Source of the DNA: Oceanispirochaeta sp.
Lineage (GTDB): Bacteria > Spirochaetota > Spirochaetia > DSM-2461
Length of the DNA: 64,000 nucleotides
Direction: 5' to 3'
NCBI GenBank assembly: GCA_963663385.2
Contig: CAXXXD010000001.1
Span: 448,001 to 512,000, forward strand
Within the stretch, counting starts at the first letter, position 1; each line of letters starts with the position of its first letter. A program made the position numbers and the translations under genes. The notes under the pieces were generated by a model. The model worked only from the letters and a program-made list of their open reading frames with translations. It was not told the DNA's origin and searched no databases. This document shows positions 9,187 through 19,244 of this stretch, piece by piece.

Positions 9187-10272
9187 TTAATTAAATGATA
9201 TATGAGTATCTTTAATAACTATTTCATAGGCTGAGTGAATTTCTGCCCTTCTTATTGTGGACAGCAACTCCCTCACATTACCAGGCCAGTCATAATCCAT
9301 TAACTTATTTAAAGCGCTGGTGCTGAATCTTTTTTCTATTTTCCTTTTATCAAGAAAAAAATTACATAAATAGGGGATATCCTCTTTATGGTCCCTTAAT
9401 GGAGGGATTGTAATAATCAAAGTGTTGATTCTATAGTACAAATCTTCTCTGAAAGAGCCTGATTTTACCATTTCTTTTAAGTTTTTTGATGTTGCTGTAA
9501 TGATGCGAGTATGAATTTTCTTTTGTTCCGTACTGCCGATAGGGTTGATGGTTTTGGTTTCTATTGCTCTTAACAGTTTAGATTGCATAGGAAGAGAAAT
9601 ATCGCCGATTTCATCGAGAAAGAGTGTTCCGTTTTGAGCTCTTTCAAAAAAGCCAATTCTGTTGACTGAACCGGTAAAAGCTCCTTTTACTGATCCGAAA
9701 AGTTCTGATTCGATGAGGGAATCCGGTATAGCGCTGCAATTAAGTGTAATGAATTCGCCATCCATTTTACTGGTTCTATGCAGTGATTTGGCTATAACTT
9801 CCTTACCTGAACCGGTTTCTCCCAATAGAGTAACAGTCTCGCTGTAGGGAGCAAATTTTCTTATACTATTTTTGATTTCCCTGATACAGTTTGATTCTCC
9901 GATTATATCCATATCTTCACTAATTTGATGGATATATCTGGATTTATAATAGTGGTAATACTGTATAATATATCTGCGTACTTCATCCACATCATATTTG
10001 AAGGGAAAATATCTGGCTGAATTCTGAATATGGGATGCTATAGAGTGTAAGTCATCATCATGATTTCCCAGTAGAATAAGTTTTTCATAGTAGGATAATA
10101 AAACAGTCTTAGAAAAACCTTCCAATTGAGATATCTCTGTGATTATCAGATCTGAAGTAATGAGAGACTCTTTAGACAACGCCTCTTCTTTGTAAAGTAT
10201 GTTTACTGTTGCTGGTAATAGGGGTTTGAGTTGCTGGTAGAACTCTTTCTTTGCAGATACAAGTAATGTCAT
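9187..10272 (-). CDS. sigma54-interacting AAA+ activator (bEBP) lacking the C-terminal HTH
   Basis: GETGSGKE (Walker A), ESELFG, GAFTGS, LFLDEIG, FREDLYYRI, WPGNVREL; the protein ends about 25 aa after WPGNVREL. Confidence 0.9.
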   Translation of the reverse strand: MTLLVSAKKEFYQQLKPLLPATVNILYKEEALSKESLITSDLIITEISQLEGFSKTVLLSYYEKLILLGNHDDDLHSIASHIQNSARYFPFKYDVDEVRRYIIQYYHYYKSRYIHQISEDMDIIGESNCIREIKNSIRKFAPYSETVTLLGETGSGKEVIAKSLHRTSKMDGEFITLNCSAIPDSLIESELFGSVKGAFTGSVNRIGFFERAQNGTLFLDEIGDISLPMQSKLLRAIETKTINPIGSTEQKKIHTRIITATSKNLKEMVKSGSFREDLYYRINTLIITIPPLRDHKEDIPYLCNFFLDKRKIEKRFSTSALNKLMDYDWPGNVRELLSTIRRAEIHSAYEIVIKDTHISFN

Positions 10273-10328
10273 TGCGTTTTCCTTTAGTTAACAGCTATGA
10301 CATTATTATATCCATAAAAGCATTTTTA

Positions 10329-10775
10329 TCAATCAATAATATTCAGATATTCATGTATCTCTTTCCAGTCAATTCGTAAACAGTTAGATACTCTTCGTCC
10401 AATTATTGTTCTGAAATAGGAAAAAGAGAAGAAACACCCTATCAGGGTACTCACAAGACCAGGTATTATTAGTAAGAAAGAAATAACTAATGTACCCGGA
10501 AGTTTTTGGTAATTTTTGACTGAAAGAATATTACTCTTCAGGTTTTCATCTATTTGTTTCAGTGTTTTATTAATCATAATTCCGGAAAAGAAGAATCCTG
10601 ACAAACTAATTGCCATCAGAATAGCAAGAAAAAGATACACTCCCAGTATCTGAGCCATCCTGATAATAAGGAAGCAGTCTAAAAGGGGAATTAATGCCAG
10701 AATAAGTAGAATGTGAAGAATCTTTCTTGTGAATTCCGGCTGAAGTATACGAATTAATATTTTAAGATTCAGCAT
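10329..10775 (-). CDS. FxsA-family membrane protein
   Basis: Small hydrophobic protein with an LLIIPGLVSTLIG motif. Confidence 0.6.
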   Translation of the reverse strand: MLNLKILIRILQPEFTRKILHILLILALIPLLDCFLIIRMAQILGVYLFLAILMAISLSGFFFSGIMINKTLKQIDENLKSNILSVKNYQKLPGTLVISFLLIIPGLVSTLIGCFFSFSYFRTIIGRRVSNCLRIDWKEIHEYLNIID

Positions 10776-10781
10776 GGGGCG

Positions 10782-10810
10782 ATCATATCATTATTCATTT
10801 GGAACAGCAA
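10782..10810 (-). promoter_or_regulatory. sigma70 promoter of the FxsA-like gene (probably leaderless)
   Basis: TTGCTG-17-TATGAT, then 6 nt, then ATG. Confidence 0.6.
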
Positions 10811-10812
10811 TA

Positions 10813-11541
10813 TTAGCGGAATTTGATTTTATCGATTGTTATCAGTATCAGAAACAGGAGAATTCTAAATAAACGCCAGGGAAGAATAATTGATAAAACA
10901 GATTCTCTGATAAACTTAAAACCTCTCATATCAGATGGTTTACCTTTTTTTCCCGAAAATACTTCAAAACAACCTTTTCCCCACATTGATAAACCATTTG
11001 CAAATGATTTACGGTTTCTATACAACCACAGATTGTTCCCCTTAAGGCCTTTTCCAGTTAATAAGAGGGTTGGAGAAGATTTTTTTATGGCTGTAAGTAC
11101 ATTCTCCTCCTCCATATTGGAAAAAGAACCGGCATAACGTCCTACAATCTGCAGATCTGGGAAAGACGCACGCAGATTTTTCTCTGATAAAAGGATATTC
11201 TGTTTTCTGGAACCCAGAATATAGATTGATTTATTGTATTTCTCGAGTATCCCTAATAACCTGATCATAAATGTAAAAGGATTATGAACAGTGGGTTTAT
11301 CAAGCTTTAGCCAGGAAGCTGCAAATCTGGCGGATATTGTTATTGGGATATTTAGAGACGATTCTTTGAAACAACTCATTATCTCTTTATTAAACTGAGC
11401 TTTCATAATATCCCTGAATGTAATAAAACATATTTGATTGATTTTCCCGTTATCAATCAAGTTTTTAATGGTGTCTTCCATTTTATTACCATCAATATTA
11501 TCTATGGGAACTCTCAATACAGATAATTTATTTGAACTCAC
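10813..11541 (-). CDS. WecB/TagA/CpsF-family glycosyltransferase-like protein (divergent)
   Basis: VLRVPIDN, SIYILGS, LRASFPDLQIVGRYAG, AIKKSSPTLLL; GTG start. Confidence 0.75.
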   Translation of the reverse strand: MSSNKLSVLRVPIDNIDGNKMEDTIKNLIDNGKINQICFITFRDIMKAQFNKEIMSCFKESSLNIPITISARFAASWLKLDKPTVHNPFTFMIRLLGILEKYNKSIYILGSRKQNILLSEKNLRASFPDLQIVGRYAGSFSNMEEENVLTAIKKSSPTLLLTGKGLKGNNLWLYRNRKSFANGLSMWGKGCFEVFSGKKGKPSDMRGFKFIRESVLSIILPWRLFRILLFLILITIDKIKFR

Positions 11542-12270
11542 TTATATTAACTCCATAACAGTTATAACCGCTGAAACTGCAAAAAGCGCAGCTGTTTCAG
11601 TTCGCAGCACATTGCTGCCCAGATAGAAAGGAGTATAGCCTTTCTTATCTAATTCATTTAATTCATTTGCGGACAGGCCACCTTCCGGACCAATTACTAT
11701 ATTAATAGAATCCTTATTATTTTGAAATAATGGTGAGAGAGAATTTTCTTTTATATAATTCTGATGACAGTAATACCCCATCTCTCTTTCAGACAGAGAG
11801 GGCAAGTCTGGTATTTTTAACGGATTCGAAAGCGTAGTCCGGACAGGAGAACCGCTCTGTTGAAGAGCTTCCTTGATAATTTTATCCCAACGGACTCTCT
11901 TTTTTTCAAAATCATAACTTTTAATATGAACAAGAGAGTGATCACTATATAAAGGGATTATCTCCTGTACCCCCGCTTCGGTGGCCTGACGTATAATGGA
12001 ATCCATTTTTTTTCCTTTAGGAAGGCAGCATAGTAATCGGAGAGAGTATTCTTTCCCGTCTATTTCTCCCTCTTCTCCTATAAGGATGGTGCAGTCTGCT
12101 TCTCTGACATCAGATAAAAGGGCGTGGAATAATTTTCCTTCCATATCCCGGAGAACAAGAGACTGACCCTTTCTACAACGTCTTACATGACAGAGATAGT
12201 GGAATTCCTCTCCTTCCAGAGTAATGGAAAGCCCTTGCCGGCAGAGTTGGCGAACAAGATACTGTTTCAA
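11542..12270 (-). CDS. rsmE: 16S rRNA m3U1498 methyltransferase
   Basis: HYLCHVRR, IRQATEAGV, EALQQSG, IGPEGGL, LGSNVLRTETAA. Confidence 0.93.
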   Translation of the reverse strand: MKQYLVRQLCRQGLSITLEGEEFHYLCHVRRCRKGQSLVLRDMEGKLFHALLSDVREADCTILIGEEGEIDGKEYSLRLLCCLPKGKKMDSIIRQATEAGVQEIIPLYSDHSLVHIKSYDFEKKRVRWDKIIKEALQQSGSPVRTTLSNPLKIPDLPSLSEREMGYYCHQNYIKENSLSPLFQNNKDSINIVIGPEGGLSANELNELDKKGYTPFYLGSNVLRTETAALFAVSAVITVMELI

Positions 12271-12674
12271 TTTCTGTCCTCAATTATTCTGATTTGAACA
12301 TTTCTGTTTCTGGGGCCGTCATATTCGCAGAAATATATACCCTGCCAGGTACCAAGTGTCAATTGACCTTTATGAATAGGGATCATCAGATGGAATCCTG
12401 TAAATGTTGCCTTTATATGAGCAGCTGAATTCCCTTCAAAATGCAGGTAGCTATCATTAAAAGGAACGATTTTATTGATTTCCTTAATCATATCCTTTTT
12501 AACATCCGGATCAGCATTTTCATTTATTGTTAATCCTGCTGTTGTGTGAGGACAATAAACCAGACACATCCCTTCCAAAGCATTCTCTTCTGAGAGAATA
12601 GATTGAATCGAATCACTGATATTTATCATTTCCGTTGCAGTTGATGATTTTACAGAAATAGTATGAAATCCCAT
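12267..12674 (-). CDS. yjbQ: YjbQ/UPF0047 family protein
   Basis: PHTTAGLTINENADPDV, HFEGNSAAHIK, LGTWQGIYFCEYDGPR. Confidence 0.92.
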   Translation of the reverse strand: MGFHTISVKSSTATEMINISDSIQSILSEENALEGMCLVYCPHTTAGLTINENADPDVKKDMIKEINKIVPFNDSYLHFEGNSAAHIKATFTGFHLMIPIHKGQLTLGTWQGIYFCEYDGPRNRNVQIRIIEDRN

Positions 12675-14074
12675 TATTTCTCCCCGTTAATCAGTTCCAT
12701 GACTTTCTGAAGAGCCAGATCAAATTCAAGATCAAAAACAGGAGGGTCATCCATTCTCCTGTTAACTTCATTTCTAATCATTATTTTCAGAAACTGTTCA
12801 TCCAGTTCTATTCCTTCCTCACGGAGGGAACTGATGAGTTTTTCAATATCTCTGTTGCTGGGAGTATTGTTATCATTTACAAAATTCCCTATCTTATTTT
12901 CTTCTATAAGAATTTTATAATCTTCAATATCAGATTCAGACAGCTCTTCTTCCTTGACAGAGATATCCGGATCAATTCCTGTTTTATCAATATTTACGCC
13001 ACTAGGTGTATAATACCGGGCCATAGTCAGTTTTATGGCGCTATTACCCAGCATCAGCATCTGTTGAACAGAACCTTTACCATAGGTTGTATCACCAACA
13101 ATAACAGCTCGGCCTCTATCTTTCATAACTCCTGTCAGGATTTCTGAAGCAGAAGCTGATCCATTATCAATAAGCATATAGATATCTGTTGAATCAGGGA
13201 TGATTTTTCCGGCTTCTGCCTTATATATCTCATTCTCTCCGGGAATCCGAGACCTTGTACTGACAATGGTTCCATTTTCAAAAAAGAAATCACTGATTTC
13301 AACAACGGAATTCAACAACCCGCCGGGATTGTTCCTGACATCTATAACTATGGAATCCACCTGTTTTTTACGGAAGCTGTCTAACGCCTCTTCAACTCTC
13401 AGTGCGGTATAGGGAGTAAACTGGATAATTCTGAGATATCCTGTAGTTTTATTTATATAGTCCCATTTAACAGTAGGGATCTCAATATTATCCCTTGTTA
13501 ACTGTACATTGAATGTAATATCATTGCCTCTGAGAAAGGTTACCTCCACGTTTGTACCGGCTACGCCTCTCAACAAATTGGATACTTCATCGGTAGAGAG
13601 GTCTTTGGCAGATTCATTATTGATTTTATAGATATAATCTCCTGCATGTATTCCCGCTCTATAGGCTGGAGTTCCTTCTATAGGGGCCACAACTTTTACA
13701 TAGGGGCGACGACCGTTAGGATTATCCTCATCAAAGAAATCCTTGGATATATAGAGACCGACACCGCCGAAACGACCGCTGGTTGTATCAGTCAGAGACT
13801 GTAATTCGTCTTCATGAAGATAAAGTGAATAGGGATCATCCAGGCTTTCAAAAAGCCCTTTCATGGCACCCTGAAATAAGGTTTCCGGAGGAATTTCGTC
13901 AACATAATTTCTTAAAATAAGATAGTAAGCTGTTTCGAACATTCTCAGATAATTTTCTGTTGAGGTGCCGGAAGACTGGGCTGCTACTGTGGGAGCCAGA
14001 AGAATCACGGAAAGTCCCAACAGAAGAGAAAATGTCAGAGATATCCATAAAACCCGTTCAGTTTTTCTTTTCAT
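12674..14074 (-). CDS. ctpA: S41 carboxyl-terminal processing protease (PDZ plus S41 domain)
   Basis: LDDPYS, FGGVGL, DVRNNPGGLL, SASASEI, TYGKGSVQ, ARYYTPSG; likely start ATG 14074. Confidence 0.92.
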   Translation of the reverse strand: MKRKTERVLWISLTFSLLLGLSVILLAPTVAAQSSGTSTENYLRMFETAYYLILRNYVDEIPPETLFQGAMKGLFESLDDPYSLYLHEDELQSLTDTTSGRFGGVGLYISKDFFDEDNPNGRRPYVKVVAPIEGTPAYRAGIHAGDYIYKINNESAKDLSTDEVSNLLRGVAGTNVEVTFLRGNDITFNVQLTRDNIEIPTVKWDYINKTTGYLRIIQFTPYTALRVEEALDSFRKKQVDSIVIDVRNNPGGLLNSVVEISDFFFENGTIVSTRSRIPGENEIYKAEAGKIIPDSTDIYMLIDNGSASASEILTGVMKDRGRAVIVGDTTYGKGSVQQMLMLGNSAIKLTMARYYTPSGVNIDKTGIDPDISVKEEELSESDIEDYKILIEENKIGNFVNDNNTPSNRDIEKLISSLREEGIELDEQFLKIMIRNEVNRRMDDPPVFDLEFDLALQKVMELINGEK

Positions 14075-14097
14075 TATAAATGTATCCTTTGAGAGGT

Positions 14098-14165
14098 ATT
14101 GTATGATCTGGCAGTTCTTTGTCAACACCTTTACTTGACCTGTAATTCAATCAGTTTTAAACTGA
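14098..14165. promoter_or_regulatory. Back-to-back divergent sigma70 promoters (ctpA and the MinD-like operon) with a palindrome
   Basis: Minus: TTGACA(14125-14120)-16-TACAAT. Plus: TTGACC(14135)-17-TAAACT. TCAGTTT-T-AAACTGA at 14151-14165 overlaps the plus-strand -10. Confidence 0.55.
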
Positions 14166-14268
14166 AGATCATATAGTATATAGTAATAGAATGCTTCATT
14201 TTTCACAAACAATCTGTTTCTGTACGGATTGAAACTTGAAATAGTAGTTAAATATTTATGCAGGAGAG

Positions 14269-15417
14269 ATGTTCATGCAAATAATTGCTGTAGCCAGTGG
14301 TAAAGGAGGAGTGGGTAAATCCCTTCTTGCTGCCAATATGGCGATAGGTCTTGCCAAGAGTGATAAAAAAGTAATCCTGGCGGACCTTGATTTAGGTGGA
14401 TCAAACCTGCATCTGATTATTGGTCAGAAACCGACGAACGAGGGATTGGGTTCTTTTATAAATAACCCGAAACAGAAAATTGAAAATATTATCCATCCTA
14501 CGGATTATAAAAACCTCAGCTTTATATCCGGTGAGGGAGAAGTTCCCGGTGCCGCAAATATTACGACTCCCCAGAAGAATAAGTTGATTAACAGGTTGCT
14601 GAAGCTGGATACGGACTATCTGATTCTGGATCTTGGTGCCGGATCCAGTAATATTATTCTTGATCTGTTTCTTATAGCCGGCTGCGGAGTAATTGTTACA
14701 ACTCCAACTCTTACAGCAACACTGAATGCCTATCTTTTTATAAAAAGTGTGCTTTTCAGAATGCTCTATTCATCCTTTGATAGGAAATCTCCGGCTTTGG
14801 AGTATCTGGAACAGCTTAGAAAAGATGGAATAACATTACAGAAAGTCTATCTTTCCAGTCTGGAAGAAAAGTTAATGAAGCTTGATCCCGAAGGAACGGA
14901 GTTCTTTCGGGAAAAGAAGAAACACTTTCAGCCCCGTCTGGTTATGAATATGCTGGAAAATCCTGAGGATATACAGAAATCAGATCGCCTTATCCTCTCA
15001 GTTAAGGATTATCTTGGTATCAATATGGAGTTTCTTGGTGTTATGTATCGTGATGAATTTCAGAAAAATGCCCTGAATTCCAGATTACCTGTTATTGTTT
15101 ATAAACCTCAATCTGTTTTATCTCAGGGAGTTTTCAGAATTTGTGATAGAATACTGGAAATGCACCTGGAAGAGAATTTCAATATCAGTTCTCTTGAGGC
15201 CGAGTATTCCTACCAGGCGGCGGGAATGGAAGCAGAATCGGATTTTAACGATAAGGTTCAGTCTCTGGAAGAACTGCTGCATAGCGGTGTTCTGACACAG
15301 GGAGATTTAATCGAAACAATTAAAATGCAGCAATATGAGATAAAAAAGTTAAAAAGGGAAAACCGCTTTATTAAATCCAAATTGGTAAAGGCTTCAGAAG
15401 CAGGTTTTCAAGTATAG
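14269..15417 (+). CDS. MinD/FlhG(YlxH)-family P-loop ATPase with a C-terminal coiled-coil extension
   Basis: SGKGGVGKS deviant Walker A, DLDLGGSNLH, LILDLGAG. Confidence 0.88.
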   Translation: MFMQIIAVASGKGGVGKSLLAANMAIGLAKSDKKVILADLDLGGSNLHLIIGQKPTNEGLGSFINNPKQKIENIIHPTDYKNLSFISGEGEVPGAANITTPQKNKLINRLLKLDTDYLILDLGAGSSNIILDLFLIAGCGVIVTTPTLTATLNAYLFIKSVLFRMLYSSFDRKSPALEYLEQLRKDGITLQKVYLSSLEEKLMKLDPEGTEFFREKKKHFQPRLVMNMLENPEDIQKSDRLILSVKDYLGINMEFLGVMYRDEFQKNALNSRLPVIVYKPQSVLSQGVFRICDRILEMHLEENFNISSLEAEYSYQAAGMEAESDFNDKVQSLEELLHSGVLTQGDLIETIKMQQYEIKKLKRENRFIKSKLVKASEAGFQV

Positions 15418-15422
15418 AATTT

Positions 15423-18287
15423 ATGGGTCAGGAATTTAACGGTCATATTAAAGTAGAAATAGATGAAAAAGCTTTATCGGCAATATTGCATTATACTCCG
15501 GATGATAAAGGAGAAAAGCACAATATTGATACTCTCCGTCAAATTCTTCAGAAACAAAATATAGTATATGGGATTAATGAAGTAGCTCTCAAGGATGCTG
15601 TTGAAGATTTCTCGGAAGCACTGGACGTAACGGTTTCTGATCCTGTCGCGGAAGGAGAAGCACCGTCTTCCGGAGAAGGAGAGGTTTATGAGTTTTCTTC
15701 AATGGATTATCCACCGGAACTGGAGGCTGTTGCAGAGAAAATACGTTCTTTGAATAAAGCTCCGCAAATTTTCAATACCATTACAGTAACGGTTAAAAAG
15801 GATAGAAGGGTAAAAGATAAAGGTCTTTTCAAGGGCGGTAAAGAAAAAATCATTACCGTAGAAGAGGAAGTTACTAGAAAAGTTAGAGTAGATGTTTCGG
15901 GGGTAATCCGGGGAATCGGTTTTATTCAGCAGGGTAATTCAATTTGTACAATAAACAAATCGACCGGATCGGAAGCGTCTGGAAAAGATATTCATGGAAA
16001 TGAACTTAAACCTCTACCTGTATCGAAAGGCAAGTATTATTCCGGAAGATTTATTCGCAAGGAAAAAAATGAATTTATAGCTGAAGAGTGCGGTTTTGTC
16101 AGAATAGGTGAAAACTGGATGGATCTGATCCCTTTTGCCACTCATGTCTGGTCTGTAGAAGTAAGTGAAAATAGTGCGGATTGTTTTCTGAGTATTACTG
16201 CTGGTCATAAGGCTGCCCCGCTGCCCACTGTTAATGCTGTAAAAAATAAAATCATTCAACTCGGGTATCCCGTAGAAAATCTCCAGAGTGATGAAAAAAT
16301 CTCCCGTTTGATAAGACAGGGCTGTCAATCAGAGGGGGGGCAGACTTTCTGTCTGACCAGAGACCGGGACAGCGAATCGGATATTGAAATAAATTCATTG
16401 GCGACAGAAGCAAATCTCCATCTGAAAAAAGGGTCCGGAAGAGGGAATAAACTGGATCTGAAAAAAATCTGGATGAAAGTGCTGGCTCTTAAAATCAAGG
16501 ATTTCGAATCAGAACGGGTAAAAAAAGAAATATTGGATTTTAATTCTTCTAAAGAACTGGAAATCAGTATTCTCTTAGGGAAAGGAGAGGATCCTGAGCG
16601 GGGAAAAGAACGGGACCTTATAGTCGATACAGATTATATTGAGCAAGGGCAGATGGAATTTATTCTGGAGAGGATGGAGCATCTGAAAAAAAAGCCGGAT
16701 TCTTTTCAGGAATTTCCAATGGCTGCCATAGAAAAAATGGCGCTGGTAAAGAAAGGTACGGCCATATTTCATTTGGGAAAACAGAGTGAAGGAAGAAACG
16801 GACGGGATATTTTCGGTAATACTATAAAGGGAATAGAGGGGAATGATCCGGTTGTTCGCCTATATGAAAATATTGTTATTCAGGAAGGGAGAGCCATTTC
16901 CACTATTGATGGAATTCTGGACTATTCCAGTAAAGCTGGTGTGTTCTCCCTGAGAATCAGGAAGCATTCGGATGCCAGGATAATAGTTTCTGTAGCAGAA
17001 AACAGGATGTCCGCTTCACTGTCCATTATCCCTCCTGATGGAAGCGGTTGCCTTCCAACAAAGGAATCTTTAATTCAGGCATTGGAGGAGAAAGGCGTTG
17101 TTAAAGGTATTTCTGATGATATCTTAAACGCTGTTCTGGAGAAAACCGGAAAAGAAGAGCTTGTAACAGATCAGGTTGTAGCCGAAGGATTGATTCCTTT
17201 TGAGGAAAAGGCTGCTCTCAGATTTCTGGTTAATATTAAAATAGGATCCAGTAACTCAATCCCTGTAGAGGCAGGAGATCCAATTGCTTTTATAATTTCT
17301 GGAGAGGGAGATGAGTTAATCGGTTTTGATGTATTTGGTGAAAAACTGATTGAGGAAGATAAAAGCCTGACAATTGATGACCATATTAAAAAGGAAGAAA
17401 ACGAAGAAGGTATAAAGCTTGTAGCCGCCGAAAAGGGTCTGCTCGTTCTGGAAGATAACAAACTGTATATCCGTAATAAGTATACTATACAGGGAGATGT
17501 CTCCCGCACAGACGGGAATATTAAATTTCCGGGAACCATTGAGATTATAGGGTCAGTTCTTTCGGGAATCTTTATCAATGCCGGCGGGGACTTGAAGGTT
17601 CGAGATATAGTTGAAGCATCACTTCTTAGTTCCGGAGGATCAATCCTAATTGGAAAAGGGGTCAAGGGAGACAGGAAAGCCGTTCTCAGAGCAAACAATA
17701 CAATAAACCTTGGATTTGCAGAAAATACCAACCTTATGTCCAATGGGAATATTATATATAAAAAAGCATTAATGAACTGCCAGGTAAAATGTAATAGTAA
17801 AATTGTTTCCCAGGGAGAAAATGCCCGTATTATCGGAGGGAAAATTAAAGCTAAAAATGGTCTGACCGCAGACTCCATTGGCTCGGAAAGGGGCGCTCCA
17901 ACATCAATCTCATTTGGTCAGGATTATCTGGTTGAAGATCAGATTAATGTTATGACAAAGGAGATTGAGCAGATAAATGAGCAACTGGAATCCCTGGAAA
18001 GTATGATGAAGACGGCAGAACATAAGGGTCAGCAGAAGAAACTCATTGCTTTACGAAAAAAGAAATTCCATCTTTTAAAGGTTCAGGAAAAAAAAGTTGT
18101 TAAAAACTTCCTTATGAAAGATAAATTTGAATTACATTTTGATTCTGAGATTCGGGTTAATGGAACTATATACCAGGGCACCGAATTTGAGAGTCATGGA
18201 AGAAAACTGAAAATTAATGAAAGTATGACATCGGTTATAGTATTTTTTGACAGTAAAACCGGTAAAATAACCACTAAACAGATCTAA
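15423..18287 (+). CDS. FapA/DUF342-family protein (long, with repeated N-terminal modules)
   Basis: Repeated 'L..KGVVKGI...L' and 'GRDIFG..I' modules; C-terminal GDVSRTDGNIKFPGTIEIIGSV beta-helix and coiled coil. Confidence 0.8.
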   Translation: MGQEFNGHIKVEIDEKALSAILHYTPDDKGEKHNIDTLRQILQKQNIVYGINEVALKDAVEDFSEALDVTVSDPVAEGEAPSSGEGEVYEFSSMDYPPELEAVAEKIRSLNKAPQIFNTITVTVKKDRRVKDKGLFKGGKEKIITVEEEVTRKVRVDVSGVIRGIGFIQQGNSICTINKSTGSEASGKDIHGNELKPLPVSKGKYYSGRFIRKEKNEFIAEECGFVRIGENWMDLIPFATHVWSVEVSENSADCFLSITAGHKAAPLPTVNAVKNKIIQLGYPVENLQSDEKISRLIRQGCQSEGGQTFCLTRDRDSESDIEINSLATEANLHLKKGSGRGNKLDLKKIWMKVLALKIKDFESERVKKEILDFNSSKELEISILLGKGEDPERGKERDLIVDTDYIEQGQMEFILERMEHLKKKPDSFQEFPMAAIEKMALVKKGTAIFHLGKQSEGRNGRDIFGNTIKGIEGNDPVVRLYENIVIQEGRAISTIDGILDYSSKAGVFSLRIRKHSDARIIVSVAENRMSASLSIIPPDGSGCLPTKESLIQALEEKGVVKGISDDILNAVLEKTGKEELVTDQVVAEGLIPFEEKAALRFLVNIKIGSSNSIPVEAGDPIAFIISGEGDELIGFDVFGEKLIEEDKSLTIDDHIKKEENEEGIKLVAAEKGLLVLEDNKLYIRNKYTIQGDVSRTDGNIKFPGTIEIIGSVLSGIFINAGGDLKVRDIVEASLLSSGGSILIGKGVKGDRKAVLRANNTINLGFAENTNLMSNGNIIYKKALMNCQVKCNSKIVSQGENARIIGGKIKAKNGLTADSIGSERGAPTSISFGQDYLVEDQINVMTKEIEQINEQLESLESMMKTAEHKGQQKKLIALRKKKFHLLKVQEKKVVKNFLMKDKFELHFDSEIRVNGTIYQGTEFESHGRKLKINESMTSVIVFFDSKTGKITTKQI

Positions 18288-18299
18288 TGAGAGGCATTT

Positions 18300-19244
18300 A
18301 TGCTCTATATTCACTTTCCTGAATGGCTATCTCCGGAAATAATACCGGGATTTCCTGTCCGTTGGTACGGACTGATGTATCTATTTGCTTTTGCAACAGC
18401 CTATTTTATTTTTCGAATACAGGTAAAACAGGATGAACTGGATTATACAGATGATGATATCTCCAATCTTTTTTTCTGGCTGATCCTCGGGTTAATACTG
18501 GGTGCCAGAATTTTCTCAACATTGGTTTACGATACAAGCGGGATATACTGGAAAAAACCCTGGCTTATTTTCTGGCCGTTTTCCGGGGGGCGGTTTGTCG
18601 GATTACAGGGAATGTCCTATCATGGAGGGCTGATCGGGGCCGTTCTGGCAGGCATTCTCTATTGTCGGAAGTATAAGAAAAGTTTTCTCCAGATGTCCGA
18701 CAGGATCATGACGGCTGTCCCCCTGGGGTATACCTTCGGGAGACTGGGGAATTTTATTAATGGTGAGTTGTATGGCCGTGTAACTTCTTCATCAATCGGG
18801 ATTGTATTCCCCTATGCCGAACGGTTTTCAATAAAAGAGGAATGGGTCGTTGAAATTGCCAATAAAATAAATATGGATATCAGTGGAATCAGCAGGGTGA
18901 ATCTTCCGCGTCATCCTTCTCAACTCTACGAAGCATTTTCTGAGGGAATACTACTGTGGCTGATTCTCTGGTTTATTATCCGGAGGATCAGAAAATTTGA
19001 CGGGATACTCAGTGGAGCCTATCTTATCGGTTATGGTAGTTTCCGGTTTCTTATTGAGTATTTCAGAGAGCCTGATAAAGGGCTGGATTTTCCACTGCAG
19101 TGGGGAAAGGAGTCTCCCAATTATCTTATGAATTCTCTTATTAACTTTACAACCGGACAAATCCTCTGTTTTTTTATGATATTCTCGGGGTTTCTGATTA
19201 TTGTATTCTCCTATTTCCGGAATAAAAGGGCGGGACATGCCTAA
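18300..19244 (+). CDS. lgt: Prolipoprotein diacylglyceryl transferase
   Basis: VRWYGLMY, GMSYHGG, GRLGNFINGELYGR, RHPSQLYEA, RFLIEYFREPD. Confidence 0.97.
   Translation: MLYIHFPEWLSPEIIPGFPVRWYGLMYLFAFATAYFIFRIQVKQDELDYTDDDISNLFFWLILGLILGARIFSTLVYDTSGIYWKKPWLIFWPFSGGRFVGLQGMSYHGGLIGAVLAGILYCRKYKKSFLQMSDRIMTAVPLGYTFGRLGNFINGELYGRVTSSSIGIVFPYAERFSIKEEWVVEIANKINMDISGISRVNLPRHPSQLYEAFSEGILLWLILWFIIRRIRKFDGILSGAYLIGYGSFRFLIEYFREPDKGLDFPLQWGKESPNYLMNSLINFTTGQILCFFMIFSGFLIIVFSYFRNKRAGHA

Noticed and set aside
1..12000. Horizontally acquired low-GC island
   Set aside because: The content is core housekeeping genes in conserved order, with no integrase, tRNA or direct repeats and no sharp boundary.
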